From assembly GCA_965217865.1 (NCBI GenBank), contig CBDCJO010000002.1, positions 1,312,001 through 1,376,000 of the forward strand: a DNA stretch of 64,000 bases, given 5' to 3'. The notes beneath the pieces were generated by a model, which ran no database searches, was not told the origin of the DNA, and was given only the letters and a program-made list of their open reading frames with translations. The translations under genes and the position numbers were made by a program. Within the stretch, counting starts at the first letter, position 1; the number at the start of each line of letters is the position of its first letter. Below are positions 9,349 to 19,250 of the stretch, in pieces. This DNA comes from Candidatus Latescibacterota bacterium. Its GTDB lineage: Bacteria; Latescibacterota; UBA2968; SICM01.

Positions 9349-10602
9349 GTGAATAAACTTCTAAAAATCTCCGGCCGTGAATACACCACCCGGGTCCGGT
9401 CGAAATTGTTCATCATTGGGACGATCCTGGGGCCCATCTTCATCGTTGGAATCGGTGCGATACCCGCCCTTGTGATGCACATCCCTTCCGAACGCCAGCG
9501 CACCATCGCGTTGGTCGATCTTACGGGAAACCTTTTCGGACCCCTCCGCCGGGCTCTGGATGACACGGTGAAGGGGGGAAAACCCCGATTCCAATTGGTC
9601 CAAACCCGGATCCATGGAAGCCTTGAGTCGACCAGACGAATGCTCAACGAAGAGCTTGAACGGAGGACCATCCACGCCTATATCGTCATCCCCGAGGATG
9701 TCTACAGCGGGGAGGTGCCCGGATACTTCGCCAACACGCTGGGAAAACCGGAAGTCCGGATACTAAACGATGCGATCAATCGGATTGTTGTAACGAAAAG
9801 GCTTCGGAATGCCGGATTTGATGCGGAAAAAGTCAGAGGGTTAATGAAGGAAGTGGAGATGCGGACCGTTAAGGTCCAGGATGGAAAGGAGCGGGAAGGC
9901 GGATTCCTATCCGACAACATTGTGACCTTCGTCTTCGTGATGATCCTCTATGGGACCATCTTCGTCCACAGCACCTCACTCATGCAGAGCGTAATCGAGG
10001 ACAAAAACGCGCGAGTTATCGAGATCCTCCTCTCCTCGGTGACCCCCGCTCAGTTGATGGGAGGAAAGATACTCGGTGTGGGGGCGGTGGGGTTAACACA
10101 GAATCTTATCTGGCTCCTCTTCGGAGCAGGAGGGGCCTTCTGGCTAAGAGCGTCCTTCACAGATCTGCCGTTCCCGGATTTCTCGTTCAATCTTCTGTTC
10201 TGCTTTTTTATCTTCTTGATACTTGGCTTTATCCTTTTCGCTTCCCTCTACGTGGGCGTTGGGTCACTTTGTAATTCCAATCAAGATGCACAACCCCTCG
10301 CGCTTCCAATGACCGTGATCCTGATGGTGCCGATGATGTTGATGGGAGTCGTCGCCCAGCATCCCGACAGCAGTCTGACCATCGCCTTATCGTTGATCCC
10401 CTTCTTCTCCCCGATGGTGATGTTTATGCGGATAAACCTCCTCCATCCTCCGGCTTATCAGATCGCCATCTCCTTGTTGTTCCTCCTGGTGACCATCTTT
10501 CTGATGATACGGTTTACGGCGAAAGTCTTTCAGACAGGCATTCTTGTCTATGGGAAACGGCCTTCCTTTTCAGAAATCTTCCGTTGGCTTCGAAAGGTGT
10601 AG
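9349..10602 (+). CDS. ABC-2 type permease (NatB/YhaP-like)
   Basis: Multiple TM segments; SVIEDKNARVIEILLSS...GKILG motif. Confidence 0.9.
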   Translation: MNKLLKISGREYTTRVRSKLFIIGTILGPIFIVGIGAIPALVMHIPSERQRTIALVDLTGNLFGPLRRALDDTVKGGKPRFQLVQTRIHGSLESTRRMLNEELERRTIHAYIVIPEDVYSGEVPGYFANTLGKPEVRILNDAINRIVVTKRLRNAGFDAEKVRGLMKEVEMRTVKVQDGKEREGGFLSDNIVTFVFVMILYGTIFVHSTSLMQSVIEDKNARVIEILLSSVTPAQLMGGKILGVGAVGLTQNLIWLLFGAGGAFWLRASFTDLPFPDFSFNLLFCFFIFLILGFILFASLYVGVGSLCNSNQDAQPLALPMTVILMVPMMLMGVVAQHPDSSLTIALSLIPFFSPMVMFMRINLLHPPAYQIAISLLFLLVTIFLMIRFTAKVFQTGILVYGKRPSFSEIFRWLRKV

Positions 10603-10615
10603 CGCGGTTCATGGA

Positions 10616-11086
10616 TCACTCCCGTCGGTTTTCCGCGATCATCGCCGTCAATTCCGCTTCTGCCACCAACAGCCCCTTCACATACGCTTTCCCCCCGACC
10701 TTGCAGACGCTTTGCCTTCGGTGTAATAATTCAACCTCCATCCGGAGCTGGTCCCCAGGCACGACGGGCTTGCGGAAGCGGGCTTTTTCGATGGACATAA
10801 AAAAGGGGGTGGTGTCTGCCCCTCCGGATATTGTGCCCATCATTAAAAGACCACCGGTTTGAGCCAAGGCCTCGACGATCAATACGCCGGGCATGATGGG
10901 ACGTCCCGGGAAGTGTCCGGCAAGGTAAGGCTCATCTGCCGTCACATCCTTGATGCCGATGGCCCGCTCGCCGGGGACAAGGTCGATCACCCTATCCACA
11001 AATAGGAATGGATATCGGTGTGGAAGGATTTTCTGAATGGCCTTCTGATCCAACTCGATCGGGATGCGGGAACGATCTTCGGACAT
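10616..11086 (-). CDS. fabZ: 3-hydroxyacyl-ACP dehydratase
   Basis: LPHRYPFLFVDR, GHFPGRPIMPGVLIVEALAQ. Confidence 0.96.
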   Translation of the reverse strand: MSEDRSRIPIELDQKAIQKILPHRYPFLFVDRVIDLVPGERAIGIKDVTADEPYLAGHFPGRPIMPGVLIVEALAQTGGLLMMGTISGGADTTPFFMSIEKARFRKPVVPGDQLRMEVELLHRRQSVCKVGGKAYVKGLLVAEAELTAMIAENRRE

Positions 11087-11189
11087 GGCCTATCCTTTCC
11101 TTCCGAAAACATTGCCCAAAGGGTGGGGTGTTAAAGCGGGCTGGATTTCCCTTCAAACTGCGATTCGGAAATTTGACAAATGTTAAGAT

Positions 11190-11222
11190 AAAAAGGCGCT
11201 GTTCGGAACGGAACAGCGCCTT
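11190..11222 (-). terminator. Rho-independent terminator after skp
   Basis: Minus strand AAGGCGCTGTTC-cgttcc-GAACAGCGCCTT followed by a T run. Confidence 0.8.
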
Positions 11223-11245
11223 GTACATCCAACACCGGAATCCCT

Positions 11246-11815
11246 TCAACGGCCTGTGGACCCGGCCTTTGGGGACCCTTTTTTCTTTTCCTCCAGTTCC
11301 TTGTTCAATGCCTCCATCACCATGGGTGTGATATCATATTTCTCGTTTGCATAGGCCATCTGTGCAGCGTTGAATATGAAATCGTATCCCTCCGATTTGG
11401 CTACCCGGCCTAAGATATTATTTACACTCTTGTAGATCGGGGCTGAGAGTTCCGCGTTCTTTCTGGTTAGACGGCCTCCCGGTGAAGTCAACCCCTCAAC
11501 GAATTTCTGAATTTCTCCGACCCTCCGCTGGATCTCCCTCTGCATTTCCTCTTTCTTTTTGTCGCTCAGGAGAAGCTCCTGACGCTTGTATTCATCCTGT
11601 AACTGCTTGAGGGCGTTTTCTTTATCAGCATACTCTTTCTGCATTTCGTTCTCGTACCGCTTGAACTCGCTCTCAGCCTCCCTGAAGGGTTTGTAGTCCT
11701 TCAGGATGCGCTCCGAATCTACGAATCCAAACTTTACCTGGGCATAAGCCGGAAGGTTCAGCCCCAAAGCAGAGAACATCAAAATTCCCAGAGCAACGGC
11801 AATTCTGTTTCCCAT
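11246..11815 (-). CDS. skp: OmpH/Skp periplasmic chaperone
   Basis: Signal peptide, KFGFVDSERIL, coiled coil, GYDFIF...DIT; directly after bamA. Confidence 0.9.
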   Translation of the reverse strand: MGNRIAVALGILMFSALGLNLPAYAQVKFGFVDSERILKDYKPFREAESEFKRYENEMQKEYADKENALKQLQDEYKRQELLLSDKKKEEMQREIQRRVGEIQKFVEGLTSPGGRLTRKNAELSAPIYKSVNNILGRVAKSEGYDFIFNAAQMAYANEKYDITPMVMEALNKELEEKKKGSPKAGSTGR

Positions 11816-11845
11816 CTGATTTGACCTCCTTAAAATTAATGAACA

Positions 11846-14197
11846 TTAGAAGAACTGCGGACCGAATTGAAAATGCGTAAGCATCCCTACAGGTTGTCCA
11901 TCCACCCGTCGACGGTCGAAACCCCATCCGAAATCGAAACCTATGATTCCAACCAGCGGAGCGAAAATCCGCACCCCCAAGCCCGCGGACCGCCTGAGGT
12001 CGAATAAGCTCAGCTCTCCCACGTTCTCCCAGGCGTTCCCCGCATCGAAAAATGCAAGCAAGTAGATCTGATTCGGAACGACGGGCATGCTGGCCTCAAG
12101 GTTATAGATCAACATCGACCGGCCCCCGATCAATCCCCCCGTGGCGTTTATCGGACCCACGCTCCGGTCGTTATATCCCCGAAGCACTGTGCCGTCGATC
12201 AGATCGGTGCCCCCCGGGGTGAACCTCTCGTTGAACGGTGCCGTGGAACCCCGGAAGCCCGCGATCGCCCCGAACTGCTGTTTGAAGCTGAGGGCAACCT
12301 TCCAGAAAAGGGGGAAGTAAAAACTGTTGTTGATCGTATGCCTGTGATAGTTGATGTTACCCCCCAGACCCGCCAACTCGAGAGTGTAGTTAAACACCGA
12401 CCCTTCGCTTGCAAACTGAGGAAGGTTCCGGCTGTCCCGACTCATGATAAAACTCATCCGGCTGGTGATATTGTCCTGGAGCTGTGGGGGCCTGTTGACA
12501 TCCAGGGAATCACTGTCGAAATCAACGAACTTCGTCTCTGAGATCCCATAGGAAATCCCTGCCTGGGTGTAATCATCGGGCCATCGCAAACGCCGTCCCA
12601 ATCGAATGTTGAAACCGACATCCCGGATGTCGAATTCGTTTCCGGTGATCCGACGGTTCACCCGGAATACCGAACCGGACAGACTGGTCGGGGTGTTGAA
12701 CAGCCAGGGTTCTGAAAAACTGACCTGGAGTTGGGAAAGGCGACTGCCGAACTCCCAGTTGAAACTGAGCAACTGACCGTTGCCCAGGAAATTTGGGATC
12801 GATAGCCCGATCGTGCCCACCAACCCCCCCTGTTCGCTGAATCCCCCGCCGACGGATGCCGTTCCTGTCGACTTCTCCTCCACCCGAAACGTCAAGTCGA
12901 TCTGGGTGAGATCCTCGTTGGGCTGGACATCGGGTTCCACGTTGTTGAAGTAGTCCAGCACCATGACGTTCCGAAGGCTCCGCTCAAGGAGCGACCGGCT
13001 GAAGGTCTGACCCGGCCGGATGAACAGTTCCCGACGGATCACGCGGTCCTTGGTCTTGCTGTTTCCGACGATGTTGATCATACGAATCTTCGAAGGGTCA
13101 TTTTCAACGATTTCAAAATGGACGTCGATGGAATCCCCGCGAATCGTCTCCCTGGGGAGGATCTGGGTGGCGATGTGACCGATGTTACCGTACTCCGATC
13201 GGAGATTCTCCAGGGTCTTATCGAACCTCTCCTGGCTGTATACCTCTCCATGTTCAGCGGTGATCAAACGGGACAAATCTTTATCATCGAAGATCTCGTT
13301 TCCGGACCAGGTAATCCGACCGAAGTTGTACCGGGTTCCTTCTTCGACTGTAATATCGATGAAAAGATCTTTCTTCGATTCATCGTAATACAGGCTGTCG
13401 GAAAGTATATAAGCCTCCCGATAGCCTTTTTTTTTGTAGAATTCCTCGACATTCCTCAGATCCTCACGATAATTCTCTTCTTTGAAATCCCCTCCTCGTA
13501 AAAATCTTTTGGGTTTGGTCTCTTTCATCTGCTTTCGAAGCTTGGAGTCGGTGAACTTCTCATTTCCATGGAAATCGACCCTCCTGAGCTTCACCCGAGG
13601 CCCCTCGTCGATTTTAATAATGAGAGGATGCCGCCCCTTCGGCGTGATCTCCCCCAGTTTCAACGTCACTTCGGTCAGCAGATATCTCTCTTTTTTATAG
13701 AGGTCTAAAATTTGGGTTTTCGCCCGCAATTCATCCCGTGGTCCAAAAAACTGCCCCGTTATGAATCCCAAAGTTTTCTCGAGTTTGCCTTTTTTGATTT
13801 TTCGATTCCCCTGGAACACGAGTTTGTCGAGCTTCGGAAATTCCGTCAGACTAATTCTTAGTTTTATACGTTCCGGACCGTCGAGGACTCCTTCGATGAT
13901 GATGTCGGAAAAAATCCTGAGGTTATAAAGTGATCGGATAGCATTGGCGATCTCGTGCCGATCCGGTGACAACACAAGGCCTTCGTGCAAACCGGAGTTG
14001 AATAGAATCATCTCTTCTTCAGCAGACACATTTCCGATCAGCTCGATCTCGGAAATTTCAAGCCCGGTTTGACCGAAACTTGAACCAGGTATAATCAGGA
14101 TCAGGAGGGATAGGAATTTGAGGGGCGACAATAGGGTATCCGAGATAAAGTCTTTGGGTCGAGGGATGTTGCTTTTTTTTTGATCCAGGGGGGCCAC
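11846..14197 (-). CDS. bamA: Outer membrane protein assembly factor BamA
   Basis: POTRA repeats (GNSKTKDRVIRREL), LRGY loop, C-terminal aromatic residue. Confidence 0.95.
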   Translation of the reverse strand: MAPLDQKKSNIPRPKDFISDTLLSPLKFLSLLILIIPGSSFGQTGLEISEIELIGNVSAEEEMILFNSGLHEGLVLSPDRHEIANAIRSLYNLRIFSDIIIEGVLDGPERIKLRISLTEFPKLDKLVFQGNRKIKKGKLEKTLGFITGQFFGPRDELRAKTQILDLYKKERYLLTEVTLKLGEITPKGRHPLIIKIDEGPRVKLRRVDFHGNEKFTDSKLRKQMKETKPKRFLRGGDFKEENYREDLRNVEEFYKKKGYREAYILSDSLYYDESKKDLFIDITVEEGTRYNFGRITWSGNEIFDDKDLSRLITAEHGEVYSQERFDKTLENLRSEYGNIGHIATQILPRETIRGDSIDVHFEIVENDPSKIRMINIVGNSKTKDRVIRRELFIRPGQTFSRSLLERSLRNVMVLDYFNNVEPDVQPNEDLTQIDLTFRVEEKSTGTASVGGGFSEQGGLVGTIGLSIPNFLGNGQLLSFNWEFGSRLSQLQVSFSEPWLFNTPTSLSGSVFRVNRRITGNEFDIRDVGFNIRLGRRLRWPDDYTQAGISYGISETKFVDFDSDSLDVNRPPQLQDNITSRMSFIMSRDSRNLPQFASEGSVFNYTLELAGLGGNINYHRHTINNSFYFPLFWKVALSFKQQFGAIAGFRGSTAPFNERFTPGGTDLIDGTVLRGYNDRSVGPINATGGLIGGRSMLIYNLEASMPVVPNQIYLLAFFDAGNAWENVGELSLFDLRRSAGLGVRIFAPLVGIIGFDFGWGFDRRRVDGQPVGMLTHFQFGPQFF

Positions 14198-14292
14198 ACC
14201 AAAAGAAAGAGCCGAAGAATCGTAGTTCCCATGACTCCTCGACTCCCCTGACTTGTTTTAACTCTCATAAAGCCACGAAGTTCCCGAAGCCG

Positions 14293-16755
14293 TTAGGCCT
14301 TCTGGCTTTCAGCAACCTCTTCATCTACATCATCGGACTGGTTTGCATCTACAAAATGGAGTATGTCCCCCTTCTTCGTCACCCGGATGCGGCTTCCCTG
14401 GATGAATTTCCCCTTGAGGATTTCTTCAGAGAGGGGATCTTCGATCATCTTCTGGATCGTGCGGTTAAGATGTCGAGCCCCGAATTGCACGTCATAACCC
14501 TTGTCGGCAATCAGACTCTTCGCCCCGGGGGTAAGGCTGACGGTCATATCCTGATCGCTCAATCGTTTGAGGATATCGTCGATCTGCAGGTCGATGATCT
14601 GTGTGATCTCTTTCTTAGTCAAAGCGTTGAATACAACGACTTCATCCAGTCGATTGATAAACTCGGGATTGAACGTCTTTTTTACTTCCTCCCGAACCTT
14701 TTCCTCTATCTGGTTCCGGAGCGTTTTTTGATCTGATTTCTGGAAGCCTAGGGAACCCGCTTTATTCAGATCCCGCGTTCCAAGATTGGATGTCATAATC
14801 AGGATTGCGTTCTTGAAATCCACCTTCCGTCCGAAACTGTCGGTCAACCGCCCCTCGTCCAATACCTGCAGAAGAATGTTAAAGACATCGGGATGAGCCT
14901 TTTCGATCTCGTCCAGCATAACGACAGAATACGGCTTTCTCCTAACCTTCTCCGTGAGTTGTCCTCCCTCATCGTAGCCCACATATCCGGGGGGGGCGCC
15001 AACCAGGCGTGAAACCGCAAATTTCTCCATATACTCGGACATATCGACCGTGATCAACGCGTCCGCGTCATCGAAGAGGTATTTGGCAAGCACCCGGGGA
15101 AAAAAAGACTTTCCGATCCCGGTCGGACCGAGGAACATAAACGTTCCGATCGGTCTGTTGGGATTCTTTAAACCTGCCCGTGTACGGCGAATCGCCCGGG
15201 AGACGATCTGCGCCGCCTCTTCCTGCCCGATGATCTGCTTATTCAGAGCCTCTTCCATACCGACCAGTTTTTCCGTTTCGGTCTTGGCGAGTCGAAATAC
15301 CGGGATGCCTGTCATGCTGGAGACCACATCGGCGATATTGTCCTCAGTCACTTCGATGACCTCGTCCCGGACCCTCTGCTCCCACTTCCGCCTCTCCTCG
15401 TCAAGCTTTTCTTTTATGGTCCTTTCTTGATCACGTAGCTTTGCGGCTTCTTCGAACATCTGGTTTTCCGCTGCTTCGTTTTTATCCTTAGTAATCTCTT
15501 CCACCTGAGTTTCGATCTGCTTGATCTCTTCCGGGGGGGTCAGGCGGGAAAGATGTACCCGAGATCCTGTCTCATCGATCACGTCGATCGCTTTGTCAGG
15601 CAGATAGCGGTCGGTGATATAACGGTCGGCCATGGCAACAGCCTGCTTGATGGCCTTGTCTGTGTATACGACCCGGTGATGCTCCTCATAGCTCGATTTG
15701 AGCCCGATCAAAATCTTGATTGTGTCGTCCGCAGATGGGGGATCGACCATGATCGTCTGAAACCGCCGTTCAAGCGCCCCATCCTTCTCAATATACTTTC
15801 GATATTCTTCGAGGGTGGTTGCCCCAATGCACTGAAGTTCTCCCCGGGATAAGGCGGGTTTGAACATGTTCGAAGCATCGAGTGTCCCTTCCGCACTCCC
15901 TGCACCCACAATCGTATGAAGCTCATCGATGAAAATGATCACTTCTTGGCTCTGTTGCAGCTCGTTCATGACGGCCTTGATCCGTTCTTCGAACTGACCT
16001 CGGTATTTCGTCCCCGCTACGATTCCCCCCATGTCCAGGGTCACGACACGTTTTTCCACGAGTATCTGCGGCACCTTCCGCTCGATGATCCGTTGGGCAA
16101 GTCCCTCTACGATAGCGGTTTTACCAACCCCCGGCTCGCCGATCAGAACGGGGTTATTTTTCTTTCGACGGGATAGAATCTGCGAGACCCTTTCGATCTC
16201 TTTTTCCCTTCCGATAATCGGATCCAATTTCGCTTCACGCGCAAGCTGAGTCAGATCCCTGCCGAAATGATCCAGGAATGGGGTCTTGCTCTTTTTTCTG
16301 TCCCGCTTCCCAGTGGTCTTTCCGTTGAGGACTGCGACGACTTCCTCCTTAGCAGTTTTGTGATCCACCCCGAAGGCCGCAAGGATCTGGGCTGCTACAC
16401 CGTCCTTGTCCTTTAGAAGGGCCAAAAGGAGATGCTCTGTTCCGACGAATTGAGACTTCATCTCCTTTGCTTCATTTGCTGCGATTTCAAGAATCTGCTT
16501 CGCGCGAGGGGTAAATGGGACCTCTCCCATTGTCATCTGTCCCCCTGAGGACGCCACATAGTCATCGACCGATTGTTTGATTGCTTCGAGATTCAGGCCC
16601 AAATTGATCAACACGGTCGTGGCCTTTCCCTTTCCCTCTTTGATGATCCCCAGGAGAAGGTGTTCGGTTCCGATGTAATTGTGGCCGAGCCGGGCTGATT
16701 CCTCACGCGCCATCTGCATGACGCGCTTCACTCTATCCGTAAACATATGATTCAT
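14293..16755 (-). CDS. clpC: ATP-dependent Clp protease ATPase ClpC
   Basis: Clp N repeats, two AAA modules ([16 protein letters not shown]), UVR middle domain. Confidence 0.96.
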   Translation of the reverse strand: MNHMFTDRVKRVMQMAREESARLGHNYIGTEHLLLGIIKEGKGKATTVLINLGLNLEAIKQSVDDYVASSGGQMTMGEVPFTPRAKQILEIAANEAKEMKSQFVGTEHLLLALLKDKDGVAAQILAAFGVDHKTAKEEVVAVLNGKTTGKRDRKKSKTPFLDHFGRDLTQLAREAKLDPIIGREKEIERVSQILSRRKKNNPVLIGEPGVGKTAIVEGLAQRIIERKVPQILVEKRVVTLDMGGIVAGTKYRGQFEERIKAVMNELQQSQEVIIFIDELHTIVGAGSAEGTLDASNMFKPALSRGELQCIGATTLEEYRKYIEKDGALERRFQTIMVDPPSADDTIKILIGLKSSYEEHHRVVYTDKAIKQAVAMADRYITDRYLPDKAIDVIDETGSRVHLSRLTPPEEIKQIETQVEEITKDKNEAAENQMFEEAAKLRDQERTIKEKLDEERRKWEQRVRDEVIEVTEDNIADVVSSMTGIPVFRLAKTETEKLVGMEEALNKQIIGQEEAAQIVSRAIRRTRAGLKNPNRPIGTFMFLGPTGIGKSFFPRVLAKYLFDDADALITVDMSEYMEKFAVSRLVGAPPGYVGYDEGGQLTEKVRRKPYSVVMLDEIEKAHPDVFNILLQVLDEGRLTDSFGRKVDFKNAILIMTSNLGTRDLNKAGSLGFQKSDQKTLRNQIEEKVREEVKKTFNPEFINRLDEVVVFNALTKKEITQIIDLQIDDILKRLSDQDMTVSLTPGAKSLIADKGYDVQFGARHLNRTIQKMIEDPLSEEILKGKFIQGSRIRVTKKGDILHFVDANQSDDVDEEVAESQKA

Positions 16756-16877
16756 CTCTAATACCTCCTGTCACCTACCCATCACCGTTCGGCAATCGGT
16801 TAAAACCGAAGAAGCAAAAAAACCAACATGAAATTGCAAGTGATACGACTCACCTTGTACCACAATGATTTTATCCT

Positions 16878-17936
16878 TTAATTTTTCTTTTCCTCCAGCC
16901 ATTTTCTAACGACTTTCGCTCGGAGAACGTCCCGCTCTATCGGCTCCAAGGTTTTCCCCACACTGCGTTGAAGGTGAGATGGCTGGGTCCGGACCAACAG
17001 TTCGTTGAGCATCTTTACGTCCGGCCTGGGAATCACGCCCAGGCTGTGGCCCAACCGGGCCGCGGATGAAAGGTTCATAAACTCCTGAGTCGTCAAAACG
17101 CGTGCGTTCTCAAGGATGCCGCAAGCCCGCCAGATCTTGTCTTCGATTTGCGGGCGCGCTTCCTTCAAAAGAGTCTGTCGGGCATTTTGTTCAAATGAAA
17201 TGATCTGCCGGGTCACTTTCTCAAGACCCTCGATGACCTGCTCCACTTCTTTTCCCAGGGTAATCTGGTTTGACACCTGAAACAGGTTTCCCATGACATC
17301 CGAACCCTCCCCGTAAAATCCTCTCACAGCAAAACCCATCTGAGCGATTCCCCGGATCACTTTCTCCATATCTTGGGTCAGTACCAATCCTGGGAGGTGT
17401 ATTAGCACGGAAGACCTCAAGCCCGTTCCGACATTGGTCGGACAAGCCGTATGATAACCCCATTTTGAGGAGTAAGCGTAACTTAACGAACCTTTCATAT
17501 CCTCGTCGATCTCATTCGCAAGTGAGTAGGCCTTTCGCGGCTGAAATCCGGAGAGGATGACCTGTAGACGCAAATGATCCTCTTCGTTGATCATGATGCT
17601 CAAACTCTCATCGGGGCTCACCAGGATTCCCCGATGCCCCTCCGCATTGGCCAGGGCAAGACTGATGAGATGTCGTTCGACCAGCAGTTGGCGCTCTGCC
17701 TCGGAAAGGCCTGCGGCATCGAGGTAAACGGCCTCGGACATCCGATGACAACTACGAGCCGCCCCTTTAACCACCTCCACGATCCGCACCCGGTCCTTCT
17801 CGTCGGCGCGCGAAATGAAACGCATCCCTTTTAAATTTCGCGCGAGGCGGATCCGGCTGCTGACCACCAGACTGGACTCTTGGCCGGATCCATCCAGCCA
17901 TCTGGCCACACGATTGACAAAGTCATCGAGTATCAT
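16878..17936 (-). CDS. mcsB: Protein arginine kinase McsB
   Basis: SSRIRLARN, NEEDHLR, CPTNVGTGLR, RGFYGEGS. Confidence 0.95.
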   Translation of the reverse strand: MILDDFVNRVARWLDGSGQESSLVVSSRIRLARNLKGMRFISRADEKDRVRIVEVVKGAARSCHRMSEAVYLDAAGLSEAERQLLVERHLISLALANAEGHRGILVSPDESLSIMINEEDHLRLQVILSGFQPRKAYSLANEIDEDMKGSLSYAYSSKWGYHTACPTNVGTGLRSSVLIHLPGLVLTQDMEKVIRGIAQMGFAVRGFYGEGSDVMGNLFQVSNQITLGKEVEQVIEGLEKVTRQIISFEQNARQTLLKEARPQIEDKIWRACGILENARVLTTQEFMNLSSAARLGHSLGVIPRPDVKMLNELLVRTQPSHLQRSVGKTLEPIERDVLRAKVVRKWLEEKKN

Positions 17937-18000
17937 TTTTCAAACATTTCCCCAATAGCGAACCAGATCACAAAAGACCCCGGCCCTGGATTCCAACCTT

Positions 18001-18495
18001 TCAGACTTTCTCGTCTTTTCCTGAGCGTTCCTTAATCAGCGCAATCTGATCCCGGAGTTTGGCGGCCTCTTCAAAATTTTCCTCGGCAACCGCCTTTTTG
18101 AGATCACCCTGAAGGATTTCGATTTTTTCTCTGTTTGCATCGAGGTTCGCAGGGACGGAACCGTGGTCCGATTGGCGTTCGACTCCGTGAATCCGCTTGA
18201 AAACCCGGTCCAGTTCCGACTCGAAGGCCAGATAACAACCATCGCATCCAAACTGGCCTGTCTTTTTGAACTCCGCGAAAGTCAATCCACAAGAGGAGCA
18301 CGTCAAGCTCGGGACTTCGATCTCCTCATTTTCGTTCTGCGCCAGAAGGCTGGAAAGCGTCACAGTTACACCTTCGCTTCCACCACTTCTTTTTTCCGCG
18401 CACTCAATACAAAGATGATGAACGGTCTTTTCCCCGTCTAGAATCTGGATAAACGGGACCGAGGCTGGATTTTTTTTACAGTCTTGACAAACCAT
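18001..18495 (-). CDS. mcsA: McsA activator (CxxC motifs + UVR domain)
   Basis: Four CxxC motifs and [15 protein letters not shown]; upstream of mcsB. Confidence 0.93.
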   Translation of the reverse strand: MVCQDCKKNPASVPFIQILDGEKTVHHLCIECAEKRSGGSEGVTVTLSSLLAQNENEEIEVPSLTCSSCGLTFAEFKKTGQFGCDGCYLAFESELDRVFKRIHGVERQSDHGSVPANLDANREKIEILQGDLKKAVAEENFEEAAKLRDQIALIKERSGKDEKV

Positions 18496-18503
18496 CGGGA
18501 TTT

Positions 18504-19250
18504 CTATTTCGGGGTCGATCCGTTTTCGACACGAAAACTCGAACCAGTCCCGTGACTTCCATCTTTGATCCGGATGCCAGCCACTTTCCCATCCGATAGC
18601 CGAACTTCCCGATCCGCCCTCCGGGCTACATCGATATCGTGGGTAACGATCACAAAGGCCTGTCCCATATCACGGGCAAGTTTCCCGATCAGATCATGCA
18701 GTTCATGCTTATTGGCTCTATCCAAGTTTCCTGACGGCTCATCGGCAAGGACAACATCCGGTTCCGTGATAATCGCGCGGGCTACTGCGACACGCTGCAT
18801 TTCGCCGCCGGAAAGTTCCCCCGGGAGATGCTTCTCCCGGTCCGCCAGTCCTATCCTTCCAAGCATCGACTGGCCACGGTCCAATGCCGCCTTCTGATCG
18901 ACTCGAGCGATCATGAGCGGCAGAATAACATTTTCCAGTGCCGTAAACTCGTTAAGAAGATGGTGGAACTGAAATATAAACCCGATCTTTCGATTTCGGA
19001 AAACCGATGCCTCATCGGGGCCCATATCCAGCACATCCACACCGTCAAACGTCAACCGTCCCCCTTCAGGACGGTCCAGAAGCCCCAGGATATGAAGAAG
19101 GGTACTCTTGCCAACCCCCGACGGTCCGGTCACCGCGACGATCTCTCCCCGGTCCAGATCCAGGTCGACTCCCTTCAATACCTCCAGGTTGCCGTCCCCG
19201 GTGGGATATACCTTTCGAATCCCACGGGCTTCAAGCATCGGAACGGTCAT
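18504..19250 (-). CDS. lolD: Lipoprotein-releasing ABC ATPase, LolD-like
   Basis: GPSGVGKST, GFIFQFHHLL LolD motif, LSGGE, ADEPSGNLD. Confidence 0.85.
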   Translation of the reverse strand: MTVPMLEARGIRKVYPTGDGNLEVLKGVDLDLDRGEIVAVTGPSGVGKSTLLHILGLLDRPEGGRLTFDGVDVLDMGPDEASVFRNRKIGFIFQFHHLLNEFTALENVILPLMIARVDQKAALDRGQSMLGRIGLADREKHLPGELSGGEMQRVAVARAIITEPDVVLADEPSGNLDRANKHELHDLIGKLARDMGQAFVIVTHDIDVARRADREVRLSDGKVAGIRIKDGSHGTGSSFRVENGSTPK

